64,000 nt of DNA from the human T2T-CHM13v2.0 reference genome, Homo sapiens. Both the position numbers and the translations under genes were made by a program. Under the pieces are notes generated by a model, which was not told where the DNA came from, ran no database searches, and worked only from the letters and a program-made list of their open reading frames with translations. Position 1 is the stretch's first letter; each line of letters starts with the position of its first letter. Of this stretch, positions 16,376 to 32,211 are shown piece after piece. Location: assembly GCF_009914755.1 (NCBI RefSeq), contig NC_060930.1, one strand, 5' to 3'.

Positions 16376-17043
16376 TCAGTATTTACGAAGTGACTCATTT
16401 AAAATACGGAATAACTTAAACTAGTACAAGAGTAGGCATGTTGTCGGAGTACAGATGCCAGCGAATTAAGGCTCTGTGCTGCCTTCCATGTTCCAAAGGT
16501 AGCTTGAGCGCTAGTGTGTCAAATCAATTGAGCATTCAGGGCTCTGGGCCAGTTACTAGTATTAGCCTATGAGGGCTCTTGGATAGCTTTATTTTGGGCT
16601 TTGTGTGGTCAGGAGGTGCCCCAGCCACAAACACTTTGAGAAACAGGCCCTATTCTTAGGTGATGCTTAGATGAAGTGATAATGTATTATTAATAGTTTT
16701 GATATTAACATATGTGAGATTTTGTATGTGTGTGTATGCATAAACATAGTTCAGACTGATATAATACTGACTTCTTTCTGAGGCCATGGAATTATAAATA
16801 AAGAGGCCCACATGAAACAAACCCATCTCATTTATTCTATTTCCCACTGAATAAATGGCCCTTAGTCCAAATGCATTTATTTTTAATATATCTGATGCTT
16901 AACCCATGACCAAATGGACTCAGGAAATAAACTGTCTTCCTTGGGTAAGAAGAAGAGATCCTATGTTTTAAAGGATTTTACATTGTTTTTGCTGTAATTT
17001 CATATATGAAGGAAATCTAAAAACTATTCATGATTTAGATTCA

Positions 17044-17270
<227 letters not shown>

Positions 17271-19273
17271 TAAATATGGCTTAGTGTGGAAGAACACATT
17301 TTTGGATTTGCAAATCAGTTAATGAAAGCCACTGATCATTTACCTTCCAAAGAAGAATCAGACATTTCTAAGACATCTACACTATGGTACACTTCACTGG
17401 CTACTATTTTAGTTTAAAAAATTAACATAAATTTCATTTTATTAGCTGATGTTTTTAGTATAAGAACCAGTTGCACTAAAAATCAGTAGCACTTATAATG
17501 AACTCTAAGCATTGTAAATGGTGACTTGACATAATTTAGCATTGAGATGAATTCAGGGAAACATTTTTCTTTTGCTGTTTGTTTGTAGCATCTCAGATCT
17601 CCCCTCCCAACTCCTCTCTGTCCACCAGTTCCCTCTTGCCCAAGTGCTGCTATTCTCTTGGTCACTCATAATCATTTAGCCTGTGAAATTTATTCTCTAT
17701 TTACAACTGGCTGCTACATCACTACTTCTGAACCTCTTGCCAAATATTATTACAAACCAATGAATTTACAAAATCTGTTCAAACACAAAGATGGGCAAGA
17801 GAGACTGTATTGTCTTACAATTGCCTCTGTGTTCCTTAAGATTTAGTGTATTTTCTTCCCTGGGCACAAATTTGGTATTTACTTCACTATTTCAAGTAAT
17901 TACTTACTTGGTTTTGTCATTCAAATTTTTAAATGGAAAGAAAATGTCTAAGGCTCTTAGTTTAAAAAAAAAAAGATTAAGAGTGTCAGAATTATTCTGA
18001 TCCAATGACTTTCGCTAAGCAAATCTTTTTAAAACAGCTCAAATAGTATGAGCATTTTACAAATGAGCTTTAAACATCCTTAATCTAAATTGTTCTTAAC
18101 TTCTGAATACCTAGAAAACTACTATTTGCAGCTTAAATATAAACATTCATGCCAGACTAATGCAGAAAAATCTAGGGCAAATCCATGATTAATATTTTTT
18201 TCCAGTTTGCAATATCCAGCTCTATTTAAGAAAGGGCCTTAATGAATGCTGCTGTAATAATTTAAATAGAAAATTGATTTCATTTTTGCATTCTCACTGT
18301 CATTTCAATCAGAATTGTCACTATCACTCACATCTTCTATTCATCATTTTGATTTCTATCTACACTCATTTCACAAATGAAAAATACATCATTAAACTCA
18401 TCACATTTTCCAAAACTATAAGCAAGCACATGAAATCCTCTCTTCTTTGTAAAGAACTGCCAACATGAGAGGGCAGACTCTAGCTAGTAAAGCAAAGGAT
18501 GGATGGTTCAAATTTATCCTTGTAAGTTATGGCTGCATTTAAATTTAATTGTCTGTAAACTAAAGGGTGCTTTTCTCCCTCTGGATAACCTTAAATATTT
18601 CACCATGGCTTATTCAAACTACTGTGAAAACTTAAACATATATTCCTCATGATTACATCCATTTTGGTCTTTAGAAGAAAAACTAGCAGAGCTTAAATGT
18701 ATTATAACCCCTTCTTGGACACACGATGTTAAAAAACTCAGTTTGTTGGAAAAAACATATTACTATTCTATACACACACAAACTCCATATAGTAATTCCA
18801 TATATTTACATTATAAGCATATTATATATGTGTGTATGTGTATAACGTACATATATATAATGTATGTATTATATGTATTTATAGTGTATATTTATAGTTT
18901 TGTCAACCAAATACTTACTGTTTAAGGAATATGGTTTAAGCACAAAATATTATATGGTTCAAATTGTTAAAAAATCACAGCTTACTTAATAAAAGATTAA
19001 GAAAACCTAAGCAAATTGATCATAAATATTAGGGGCAAGTAAGCATGAATAGAATTTTAATTTAACATCTTTATTTTGACTCAGTATTATTGTTTTCAAA
19101 TCATAGGAGGTTTGACGCAATGGAATATCAAACTAAGAAACACTTAGTGAGATTACTTATAAAGATGTAACTCACTTTTTATTCGATGTCCCAAGTTAAT
19201 GCTTATTATCCTCAACCTGATAGTTTTCTTTGAGTAAGAATTATTTAGTGCTAGAATATTAATACTTGTATGA

Positions 19274-19654
<381 letters not shown>

Positions 19655-20363
19655 TGATAAAGCAGATTAAAGAATATTTGGCTTTTGTTTGCTTTGTTAA
19701 ACTGTTTCTAATAAAGTGAGCAAGTTTTGTTTTAAGTCACCCATTCCAATGAATTTGCTACGTAGGCTGCTGGTCAGCACAAACCATGATGGGGCAGGTG
19801 AACACCTTACTCCAAGAGCTATTAGGTGAGACACACCTAACAACATCACTGGGTTTTTCTCCCATGCTCTAAAGTCTTTCTAACACTAACCAGAAGTACT
19901 ACATCTGTTACACAATAAATAGTCCTCTGTCCTATAACACTGTGAGTCAGATGAACTGATCAGAAAAAAAAAAAAATCAATGTTTACAGAGTTATAACTT
20001 CAGACTAAACAACAACAAAAAGAAGGCATTTCAGTTGGACCATAGAGCCTTGAAAAATGTAAATGATTTACCTTCAACCCTGACCGTTCCAGCAAATAAC
20101 CCCAATCAACTCTTGCTCCTCAAATTTTCCTTCCTCTTCTATTTTCTGTTGATTCTATTACCAGCATCGAAACCTTGGAGTCATGGCTCATGCCTTCCTG
20201 ATACAGTCACATCCAAGAAGCTCTAAAGCCCAATGGCTCAACTGTGTTCCCTCCTCTCCATTTCTGCTGTTACCTAAGTTGAGTGCTTATAAAGTGATCA
20301 GAGGAGCAATTTAGAATTCATCAAATTAGGAATGACTCTTGATGACGAAATTACAGATGAGGC

Positions 20364-20406
20364 AGTGGGAATTCACAGGAGAGTGGGAATTCACAGGACA
20401 GTGGGA
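20364..20406. repeat. 18-bp tandem duplication AGTGGGAATTCACAGGA(G/C), 2.4 copies
   Basis: Units start at 20364, 20382, 20400. Confidence 0.85.
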
Positions 20407-20543
20407 GTCAAGGGAGACCAAGGACAAGGAGATGAGTTCATGGCTTGTTGTTTAGATATTAGATGTGACGAGCTGAAAGTCTCAATGGAAGCGATGGAAA
20501 GTAGAAATAGTATAAAAGAAACCAAGAAAGAAAAACTCCATTG

Positions 20544-20843
20544 GGCTAGGTACAGTGGCTCATGCCTATAATCCCAGCTCTTTGGGAGGCCGAAGTGGGT
20601 GGATCACCTGAGGTCAGGAGTTTCTGAGACCAGCCTGGCCAACATGGTGAAACTCCGTCTCTACTAAAAATACAAAAATTAGCTGGGTGTGGTGGCACAC
20701 ACCTGTAATCCCAGCTACTTGGGAGGCTGAGGCATGAGAATCACTTAAACCCAGAGGCAGAGGTTGCAGTGAGCTGAGATCGCACCACTGTATTCCAGCC
20801 TGGGTGACAGAGTAAGACTGTCTCAAAAAGAAAAAAGAAAAAA
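20544..20843 (+). mobile_element. AluSx-type element
   Basis: Full dimer; TCCATTGG on both sides. Confidence 0.95.
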
Positions 20844-20897
20844 TCCATTGGTTATTACAACAGATTTGTTTATGGGGTCAAAAAATCTATGAAGTTT

Positions 20898-21044
20898 GGC
20901 TGGGCATAGTGGCTCATGCGTATAATCCCAGCACTTCGGGAGGCTGAGGTGGGAGGATTGCTTCAGGCTAGGAGTTCAAGACCAGCCTGGGCAACATAGC
21001 ACCACCCCATCTCTAAAAAGAAATTATGTTTAAAAAACAAAAAA
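20898..21044 (+). mobile_element. FLAM
   Basis: Left monomer plus A-rich tail. Confidence 0.85.
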
Positions 21045-21119
21045 TTATGAGGATCAAAACTATAAGGATAAAGAAAAGGAAGAGTAAGGATAGTGTGAGT
21101 GTGAATAAGCACAACGGCT

Positions 21120-21320
21120 AGATTTCAAAGCAAATCCAGAATACGGGCTTTGCTGGTGACCTTGGAGAAGTTACTTAACCTTTCTGTGCCCCCGTTATAC
21201 CTCAGATGTTTAAAAAAAAAGAAATGGGGTTAACAACCCTATATCCTATGGTTCTTTTGAGGATTAAATGAAAAACAAATATGCTTATGAAGTACTAAAA
21301 TCACATTATTAGTGAATTTA
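21120..21320 (+). mobile_element. MIR
   Basis: Core gtgaccttggagaagttacttaacctttctgtgcc...gaggattaaatga. Confidence 0.8.
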
Positions 21321-22259
21321 AAAATCTTTTAGCCCTAAAATTTGATTTTCTGTGTAGGAGCTATTGTAACCCTGGATATTTTTAATCAACATATTTTATG
21401 CTACAATATACCTAAGGCGTCCTGCTTCAGGATGACCACATCCAATAAATATTCAACAAGCATCTGGGATTGCACTTTTAATAAACGTCTCTGTGTTGAA
21501 AGAGAATTCTTATCATTTGGAGGAGTCATTTTATTTATTTATTGGCCTTGGAATTACTTCAGACTGTTGATAATTCTGATTTTGGTAATAGTCTTGGGTG
21601 AGAAAATTGTTCAAGGACTAAGAGTGACCTGTCATGGTAACAACAGTCTGTGAATTCTATAAAATATAATGCATGGACCTTGGTTTGGAGAAGAGCAATT
21701 TACTTTAGGGTGTATTCATCCATAATTCTCTTCTCTTGAGCAACTTTCATTTTTATGTGAATTCTTTACAAAGTCAAAAACAACTGATGCATTGTCTTAG
21801 CTACATACAATTCATTTACCAGCACCTAAACTATGGAACTGCAGTGACTTAAAGGGCTAGCTTAGGAAGACTAACTAGTTTGAGGTAAGTTTGCAAACTA
21901 AAACAACCCACTTTTTGATACTACATCAAAAACTGCTTTCCAAATTTTTAGTAGAACTTCTCTTTTAAGCAGACAGTATAATCATTTTATGAAGGTTTTT
22001 GTGTCCTCTAAAAAGAATTCTTGTGTTCCAAACTCTCCCAAGGTTATAAGACTGAAGTCAAAACTATGTGATGTATACTGGCCCCATGTACACTTTTCCA
22101 TGTGAAATATCACTGATTCTTCAAAATGGAGGTTAAAATGTAAGTGACTGATCTTTCCTCAGAGAATTCCAGAAACAAATATGCTTTCCTACTCTCCAAA
22201 GACAGGAAGATGAGCAAAGTGAGAAATAAAATGTCAACTACTTCGATCAAGGATGACAC

Positions 22260-22990
22260 CTGAGTGGGAGGCCCCAGCCCACGCCTGGGCTCCAAGCGCC
22301 AGTTAGTCCTGCTTAGCCCTAGCTCTGCCCCTTTCTAGCTCTGTGACCCTGAGGAACTCCCTCCACCAAGACCACTCTGACCCTCTGTGTGTGTGTATTT
22401 GTTCTCTCTGTAAAAGAGGAACAATAACCTCTTGCCAGGTGCTCTCTGACTTCATCTCCAGCTGCTGTCCCCTGGGTTCAGCTCACTCCAGACTCACGGG
22501 CCTTCCTGCTGCCCGGTCCTCCCACCCAACCTCCCCTGAGCCTGAAGGGCCTCTGTACTTCTTTCCTCCCCCTGAAATGCTGGGCCCAGGCTGGCCACAT
22601 CGCTCACTCCCTCAGAGAGGCCAGGCTTGATCCAAATCCCACCTGCCCCGTGAGGCGTGGCCTCATCTAAAGTCAGAAATTGGCTCCATCTCCTCGACTC
22701 CCTCCCACAATTCCAATTTCCCATTCTGCCTTACATTTCTCCTTAGCACTTATGGCCAATACACTATTTAACGACTGTGTGTTCTCTTCCTTCCTTAATT
22801 AAATGCAGCCCCACGAGTCAGAGATTTCGGCCAATTTTGTTCACTTCATATTTTTAGGATCCAGTATAGTGTCTGGCATGTAGTAATGCTTAAAAAAATC
22901 TGTGGAATAAATAAATGAATGACTCCTCTCCACAAGGTTGTCAAATGAATGAGATGTCATCGGTTAAATCGCTAAGCTGTAAAACATATG
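22260..22990 (+). mobile_element. MIR split by an L2 3' fragment (~22430-22920)
   Basis: tagctctgtgaccctgagg MIR core; L2 end gtctggcatgtagta...gaataaataaatgaatga. Confidence 0.7.
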
Positions 22991-23017
22991 ATTCACTATT
23001 TATTTTTAAATTGTTAA

Positions 23018-23305
23018 TTTATTATTATTTTTTGGAGACAGGGTCTCACTCCATTGCCCAGGCTGGAGTGCAATGGTGCAATCACGGCCCACTGCAGCCC
23101 TGACCTCCCAGGCTCAGGTGATTCTCCCACCTCTCAGCTTCGTACTACACGTGCAAAACCACACCCAGCTAATTTTTATATTTCTTGTAAAGCTGGGGTT
23201 TCACTATGTTGCCTAGGTTGGTCAAAATTTCTGAGGCTCAAGCGATCCGCCTGCCTTGGCCTCCCAAAGTGCAGGGATTACAGGCATGAGCCACTGCACC
23301 CAGCC
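23018..23305 (-). mobile_element. AluJ element
   Basis: Diverged reverse dimer with J features. Confidence 0.9.
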
Positions 23306-23533
23306 TTTTAATTTATTTTAACATTCTGTTCATGAAATAAAATGTAGATGACAAACTATCGGAGTCAAGGTAAAAATAATTAAATAGAAATTAGTTATAA
23401 GAACTATAATGCAGAACCTCCACAAGGCTAAGGAAAAAAAAAAAAACAACTACTACAAAATACTTGGTATCATTAGAAGTAAAAAAAAAAAAAAATCAGA
23501 AAACAGTCAAAAGCTTAAAAATGAACCAAAGGT

Positions 23534-23789
23534 GGCCGGGCACGGTGGGTCACGCCTGTAATCCCAGCACTTTGGGAGGCCGAGGCGGGCAGATCATGAG
23601 GTCAGAAGTTCAACTCCAGCCTGGCCAACATAGTAAAAACCCATCTCTACTAAAAATACAAAAACTAGCCGGGCCTGGTGGTGCATGCCTGCAGTCCCAG
23701 CTACTCAGGAGGCTGAGGCAGGAGAATCATTTGAACCCGGGAGGCGGAGGTTGCAGTGAGCCGAGATCGCGCTTTAAAAAAAAAAAAAA
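23534..23789 (+). mobile_element. AluS lacking the last ~40 nt of the right arm
   Basis: gagccgagatcgcgc is followed directly by ttt and a poly-A run. Confidence 0.92.
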
Positions 23790-24929
23790 GTACTGAAGGT
23801 TTGTGGATTAAACCAGAGCTGTGACCTCTGGACCAAAGTAATAAAAGTCCAGCCCATAGCCTGGTAGAAGATAGCTAGATGGAAGAAAAAGAAAAGCTGC
23901 ATAAGAGAATAACAACAGGCCCAGAGAGGCCTGGAGACAGAGGAAAACACAGAGGATTAGATTTTCAGAAGCTGTGGACTTAAGCAATAAAAAGTCTATC
24001 AAAGTGTACCTTGTTGATGTATGGCACGTGGCTAATAATTCCTAGGTTAGCCCTTTAAGACACATTGAAAGATGGGTCACTCCCTAAGTATGACATGATG
24101 AAATGAAACTGTGTAGACCATCAAGCACCAGGGGAAAATAACCTGTGTGAGGCTTGAGCTTTTCTAAGAGAGAAAACAAGATAAAAAAAATAAAAACAAA
24201 GCCCACAACACAAATAAACAGGATTTACTCTACAAAACAAAGCTCACATTTGCATATACTAAGGCTTGTTCTCTGCTTAATCGAAGGTAGGAGGAGCCAG
24301 GGTGATTGGCTCTCTCCCTGAGAACTTGAACTTTGCTTCAGAGGGCAGTTTCTAGCAAGGATGAGCACTGTTTCTGATCTGAAACCGGGATAAAACATAA
24401 CTGAGTATCCACAGCTCAGAGCAAGACCGACAAGCAAGACGCATAGTTACAGTGAGTGTATGATAGAGCTAATCTGCATTTTAAATTCGCACATAACAGT
24501 CTTCGAAGGTATGCAAAAACCGTTTTCACCAACAGGAAAATCCAAAATAAGTACATTCGAGGATTTTTTTTTCCACAAAATAAAATAGTTACAAAGGTTG
24601 AATAAAAAATTATCTAAGTGAAAATCACTTCATACTGGGAATATAAATCTCTGGTTCTTTGGTAAATAAAATTAACAAGAATTATTCAACTAGAACTATC
24701 AGCATATAGGTTTCTAGGTTTCTAGATGAACAGTTTACTAACTGGGTCACGTATAAAGGTCAAACCAGTTTCTTCGTTACGACTGGTTAAAACTGATCGA
24801 ATAAAAAACAAATCTGCTATCAGCTGATAAATACTAACTTTAACAAAGGCTCAGTACATGTAGACATGGTCCATGTGTGTTTTAATTTTTAAAAGGAGTG
24901 AGGAGGGAATAGGAGAAAGCAATATAGCT

Positions 24930-25100
24930 CTCATCAGCACTTTCTTCCCATCAGGCGCTTTACATACAGTCGCTCCTTTTAATCTCATATCCACCCTGGG
25001 AAGGAGAATTAGGACATTACAGTTAAGCCACCTGCCCAAGGCCACATTAACAAGTGACAATGGCTGGTTCTGCTGGATCCAGCCTGGGCCTCCTTCCACC
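24930..25100 (-). mobile_element. MIR
   Basis: tttaatctcat...agttaagccacctgcccaaggccaca reverse core. Confidence 0.7.
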
Positions 25101-25175
25101 ACCAATCTCAGAGGCATGGCCCAAAGAGACAGCTCAGTCTTCAGGAACAATCAACTGAATTTAATATTTACTCAG

Positions 25176-25540
<365 letters not shown>

Positions 25541-25834
25541 TCAAGACAAGTTATAATAGAAGAGCAAAGATCAGTAAGAAATAAATATAAATAATAGTTA
25601 CATAATTTACAGAAAATAGTCATTAAACTGCATTCAAGCCAAGATATAAATTACTTAGAAGATTCTATTCACAAAATATTTTAACTTCTCCTTGAAGGTT
25701 AGTATTGTCTTATTTAGTGTAAATTTAAAGTATCATGTACGCAACACCACAGAAAAGATACTGTCTGGAAGCTAAGACATTACTAATTAAATGCAAAGAG
25801 TTGATATGAAAAGGAAGTAAAATAACCTAGAAGA

Positions 25835-26328
<494 letters not shown>

Positions 26329-26666
26329 ATACTTAGCTTTTTTTAGTGATACATTTATACTGATTAGTTTAATTCTAACTTGATGGGAAAAAAATTAGTA
26401 GTTGGGAATGAATGTATAAAAATACTTCATTCAATAGTTACAATTATTCATTACATTTAAAATATCCTTACACCTGAAGGGAACTAGAAAAGCATGCCTA
26501 TATATTCTAAATTTCTTTTTCTCCTCCACACTCTCCAAATTCCCCTGCCAAAACAGAATATTGATATTACAATGGAAAATTATAAAGACGATATACTATG
26601 AAAGTTCTTAATATTCATTCATTCTGAGTTTCTTAAAATGTATAGAAAGATGGCCCAAACACCTCT

Positions 26667-27380
<714 letters not shown>

Positions 27381-27574
27381 GGAAATGGAAGTGGGATGGG
27401 GCGGAGAATTATCTTCGTTTGTATCACTTGAGGAATAGCTGAGTGAAAACTTGCTGTAGGCAGCTGGGTACTCAGGTTAGACTTTGAAGACTCACTTAGG
27501 GGCTAGATTTAGAGAACTGCCGCTTAATGGCTCATAGTCAGAAGTCAAAGCCACATTGAAATTAAACAGACTGC

Positions 27575-27845
27575 CATAAAACAGTGTGGCCTAGTTGAAA
27601 GACAAAGAATCTGAAGTGAGAAGTTCCGGGTTAAAGTCCGAGACCCACCATTACCAGCCATTTCCTTGGGTGAATATTTAAATCTCCAGTCTCAGTTTCC
27701 TCGTCTGCAGAATGAAGAACACAGTCTGCCTCCCTGGGAGCAGAAATACATCTACCACTTAGGGTTGCTGTGAGAATGCAGTGAGAAAAGCACTGGAAAG
27801 CGTCTTATGAAGTCCAAGTCATGCATGAGGGATCGCTATTAGCAG
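27575..27845 (+). mobile_element. MIR
   Basis: cagtgtggcctagttgaaaga...ctcagtttcctcgtctg...agggttgctgtgag. Confidence 0.75.
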
Positions 27846-27929
27846 CATGTTTAATGGAATATATGTTCTCAATTCAAATGACAGAGACTCGCATCCTAAA
27901 ATTTAAAGAAAAGTAAGTTAAAAAGTATA

Positions 27930-28233
27930 AGCCTGGCGCAGTGGCTCACGCCCATAATCCTGGTACTTTGGGAAGCCGAGGTGGGTGGAATGCCTGAGCT
28001 CAGGAATTTGAGACCAGCCTGTGCAACATGGTGAAACCCTGTCTCTACTAAAATACAAATAATTAGCAGGGCATGGCCGCGTGTGCCTGTGGTCCCAGTT
28101 ACTTGGTAGCCTAAGGCAGGAGAATTGCTTGAACCCGGGAGGCGGAGATTGCAGTAAACCAAGATCACACCACTGCACTCCGGCCTGGGTAACAGAGCAA
28201 GACTCCATCTCCAAAAAAAAAAAAAAAAAAAAA
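27930..28233 (+). mobile_element. Alu element
   Basis: Full dimer plus poly-A. Confidence 0.95.
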
Positions 28234-28239
28234 TGTACA

Positions 28240-29113
28240 GGCCAGGCGTGGTGGTTCACGCCTGTAATCCCAGCACTTTGGGAAACCGAGGTGGGTGGAT
28301 CACCTGAGGTCAGTAGTTTCAGAGCAGCCTGGCCAAACCCCATCTCTACTAAACATACAAAAATTAGCTGGGGGTGGTGGTACATGCCTGTAATCCCAGC
28401 TACTCGGGAGGCTGAGGCAGGAGAATCTCTTGTGTAACCGTCAAGGGGTTCACCTTGCTCGCTGCCTAGACAGAGCCGATTCATCACAACAGGGGAATTG
28501 CGGAATTGCAATAGAGAAAGAGTAATTCACGCAGAGCCGGCTGTGCGGGAGACCTGAGTTTTATAATTACTCAAATCAGTCTCCCCAAGCATTCAGGGAG
28601 CAGAGTGTTTAAGGATAACTTGGTGGGTGGGGGGAAGCCAGTGAGCCAGGAGTGCTGATTGGCCAGAGATGAAATCATAGGACCCGGAGCTGTCTTCCTG
28701 CATTCAGTCAGTTCCTAGGTGGGAGCACAAGATCAGATAAGCCAGTTAATCCATCTGGGTGGGGCCAGCTGATCCATCAAGTGCAGGGTCTGCAAATATC
28801 TCAAGCACTGATCTTAGAGGCAGTTTAGGGAGGGTCAGAATCTTGTAGGCTCCAGCTGCATGACTCCTAAACCGTAATTTCTAATCTTGTCGCTAATGGT
28901 AGTCCTACAAAGGCAATCTAGTCCCCAGGCAAGAAGGAGGTCTGCTTTGGGAAAGGGATGTTACAATCTTGATAAACTGTCTAAGTCATAATTTTGCAAA
29001 GGTGGTTTCACTTGAACCCAGGAGGCAGAGGCTGCAGTGAGCCGAGATTGTGCCACTGCACTCCAGTCTGGGCAACACAGCCAGACTCTGACTCCAAAAA
29101 AAAAAAAAAAAAA
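28240..29113 (+). mobile_element. AluS split by LTR8 (parts 28240-28432 and 29011-29113)
   Basis: ...ggagaatctCTTG [LTR] CTTGaacccaggaggcagagg continues the Alu right arm. Confidence 0.93.
28433..29010 (-). mobile_element. LTR8 solo LTR (ERV1), internally deleted
   Basis: Ends TGTAACCG... and ...TTTTGCAAAGGTGGTTTCA match reverse LTR8 termini; 4-bp TSD CTTG at 28429-28432 and 29011-29014. Confidence 0.9.
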
Positions 29114-30395
29114 TGTAACAAAACTTACTTTATCTACATTTGGCCACAGTGTTGTAAACCTTCTAACATTCTTTACAACAGCACCTAAGGCAACGACAGG
29201 TTCTTAGCGTCAACCACATCTTCACTTTGGCCTACAGCAAAATATATTTCCCCTATTTACCCAAATGGAAGAAGTTTCCCCTGAATTGTGTTTTTAAGGT
29301 ATCTCCCCCCAACTCCTCTCTCCAGATAGCACAAATCCAAGTATGTCCCTAGACTCCCAAGAGCTGCTTTTATGGACTATAAAACTAGCAACCTAGCTTT
29401 CCACAAACATCTTTACTGCTATTAGTGAAAATATGCACTTATGATATATGCACGCACACAAGCATATTCCTGTCACCTTACAGAGCTAAGTCTACATCAC
29501 GGAGACGTGAGCACACATCTCATAGTGCACATCGTTACACATCCCCCCAGGGGCTGACAGGCAGGGGCTTGGTTTTATCTTTGCTTCATCTCTTGCACTT
29601 TAAGAGTCCCTTGGGTAGTATCTTTTTTGTGCTCAGGTTTGATATTTCTTACTCAGTCTTTATGATGTCTGACTGAAAGCTCAATGGCTCAAGATGTCCT
29701 CGAGGGTGCTAATGTTTTTATCTCTGTGTCCTAGCACCCTGCCCACTCTGTTCCCTACAAATGTTGAGTGAATTAACTTCCGTCTGAATTAATAAGAAAT
29801 GTAAACCACTTGTGATAAAAAATAATCTATCTCTTCCACACAAAAGGTCAGTGTAAATCTGGATTCTGAACACAGACTAGATTGAACAAAGATTTCTTAT
29901 CTGTATCGGAAGCAAAACTGAGTATGGTGTTTTGTACAAGGAACAAAGGAAATAGCTACACCTCTCCTACTGTAGACGTCACTGAAAAAGTCTGTTTCTC
30001 TCCCTGGGGGGATACTGTAAACTCAGTAGCCAGCACTCAATACTGTTGCCAGAAGCAGGAACTGGAAGTCATCATTCTAAGTCGCCTTTAATAAAGCAGA
30101 AAAGATGCAATAATGTCTTGGCAATGTCAGTTCCCAAACACTGACAACCTAAACTACATCTTCTGGCCCTAGGTGCTTATCGGCTGTACTGACGTGCTTC
30201 ACATTTTATAATGTTGGTAAAATGAGGGAAGGCCTGTGGCTCTCAAATTCTTGTATCTGCTTAGCTAATTCCAACCCATTATTGTAAGCAGCAACAACAG
30301 AGGAAGGACAGTCTCTCAAGACTGAGCACTCATGTTTTACCCAGTTACAATGCTATTGTTCTCTGGGTGAATCAGTTTTAAAGTAAATACATTTA

Positions 30396-30705
<310 letters not shown>

Positions 30706-30782
30706 TCAATAGAGGCAATGTGGTGCATTACAAAGGGGATGAGTGAAAACAGGCTGGCTTCAAATGCGGGTTTTACACTTTA

Positions 30783-31187
<405 letters not shown>

Positions 31188-31299
31188 TCACACAGGCCCA
31201 CATCATGAAATCCCAGATGTTAGTCATACATCATCTGCCTAAGTCTTTGAATATTTGGGGCATGCAAAACAAACCAAAAAGGAGTTGCCTATTGAAGAA

Positions 31300-31735
31300 A
31301 AGGCAAATGTCTTGACATGATGTTCAGATCTTATGTGATTCTTCGCCATCTTACGCTAGCAGGTTGATGTCTTTGTCTTCCCCCACAGCTCTACTCCAGT
31401 TGAACCGGGGTAGGCGTACTCTCTAAGCTACTTCATGTCTCTCCACTTCCAGAAGCTTCTTCCTGCTGGTACCTCTGTCCCCATCTCTCAGGACTCCATC
31501 TGCCATGACCCTTTCATGATTCCACTGAGAAGTTACTTTTCTTTTTCCCTTCTTTGAACATCGAAAGCATGCTGTGCCTCTTTACGGTAGTTCTTTTACA
31601 ACTTGGCACGGTGCTTTGCAATGTAATCACTTGATTACAAGTTTCATTTTCTTCATTAGACCGCACACTCCTTGAAGTTTATATGGCTTTATTTTTTGCA
31701 CAGAGTAGTTATTCAATATACACTGACTGAATATA
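31300..31735 (+). mobile_element. L2 fragment
   Basis: Degenerate L2 3' end ...ttagaccgcacactccttga...caatatacactgactgaat. Confidence 0.5.
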
Positions 31736-32116
31736 TTTTAAAACTTCAGGGAGTAATTAAATCAGCCAAAGTAAATTTAGTCTACACATACATTTATAGA
31801 ATGTACACCATCTCCAGCCTCAGACAACTGCACTCAAGTTGCCCCTTTCCCGAGCCACTTTCTGGCTAATTGCTAAACATGTTTCCACCAGATCTGCCCC
31901 TCCAGCTGCCTGCAGCTCCAGTAGAGGCTGTGTGGAGAAGAGCCATGCAGACTGCATCTGTAAGGTCCTGCCTGTGCACTTTCCGCTTCCCAAATGAGGA
32001 CAGAGAGCACTCCTGCCAGCTACCAGGCAGGGCCCAATTTCTAAACTCTGCCTTGACCCCCTGCCTTCCCATCAGAGGAGAAGCATCCTTACCTAAGAAC
32101 ACTACTTCTTCAATGA

Positions 32117-32211
32117 CCAGTCTTCCTTCCCCAGTTCTCTTCCTTCCCCAGTCCTCTTCCATCCCCAGTCCTCTTCCATCCCCAGTCCTCTTCCATCCCC
32201 AGTCCTCTTCC
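32117..32211. repeat. 17-bp minisatellite CCAGTCCTCTTCCATCC, ~5.5 copies
   Basis: Units start at 32117 (short), 32131, 32148, 32165, 32182, 32199 (partial). Confidence 0.92.

Noticed and set aside
24248-24310. Octamer ATTTGCAT plus ATTGG as a promoter
   Set aside because: No CpG island or linked start; the same octamer occurs elsewhere in the window (~4222, ~44078, ~57334).
32117-32211. Regular short repeats as a CRISPR-like array
   Set aside because: Head-to-tail units without unique spacers in primate DNA; a minisatellite.
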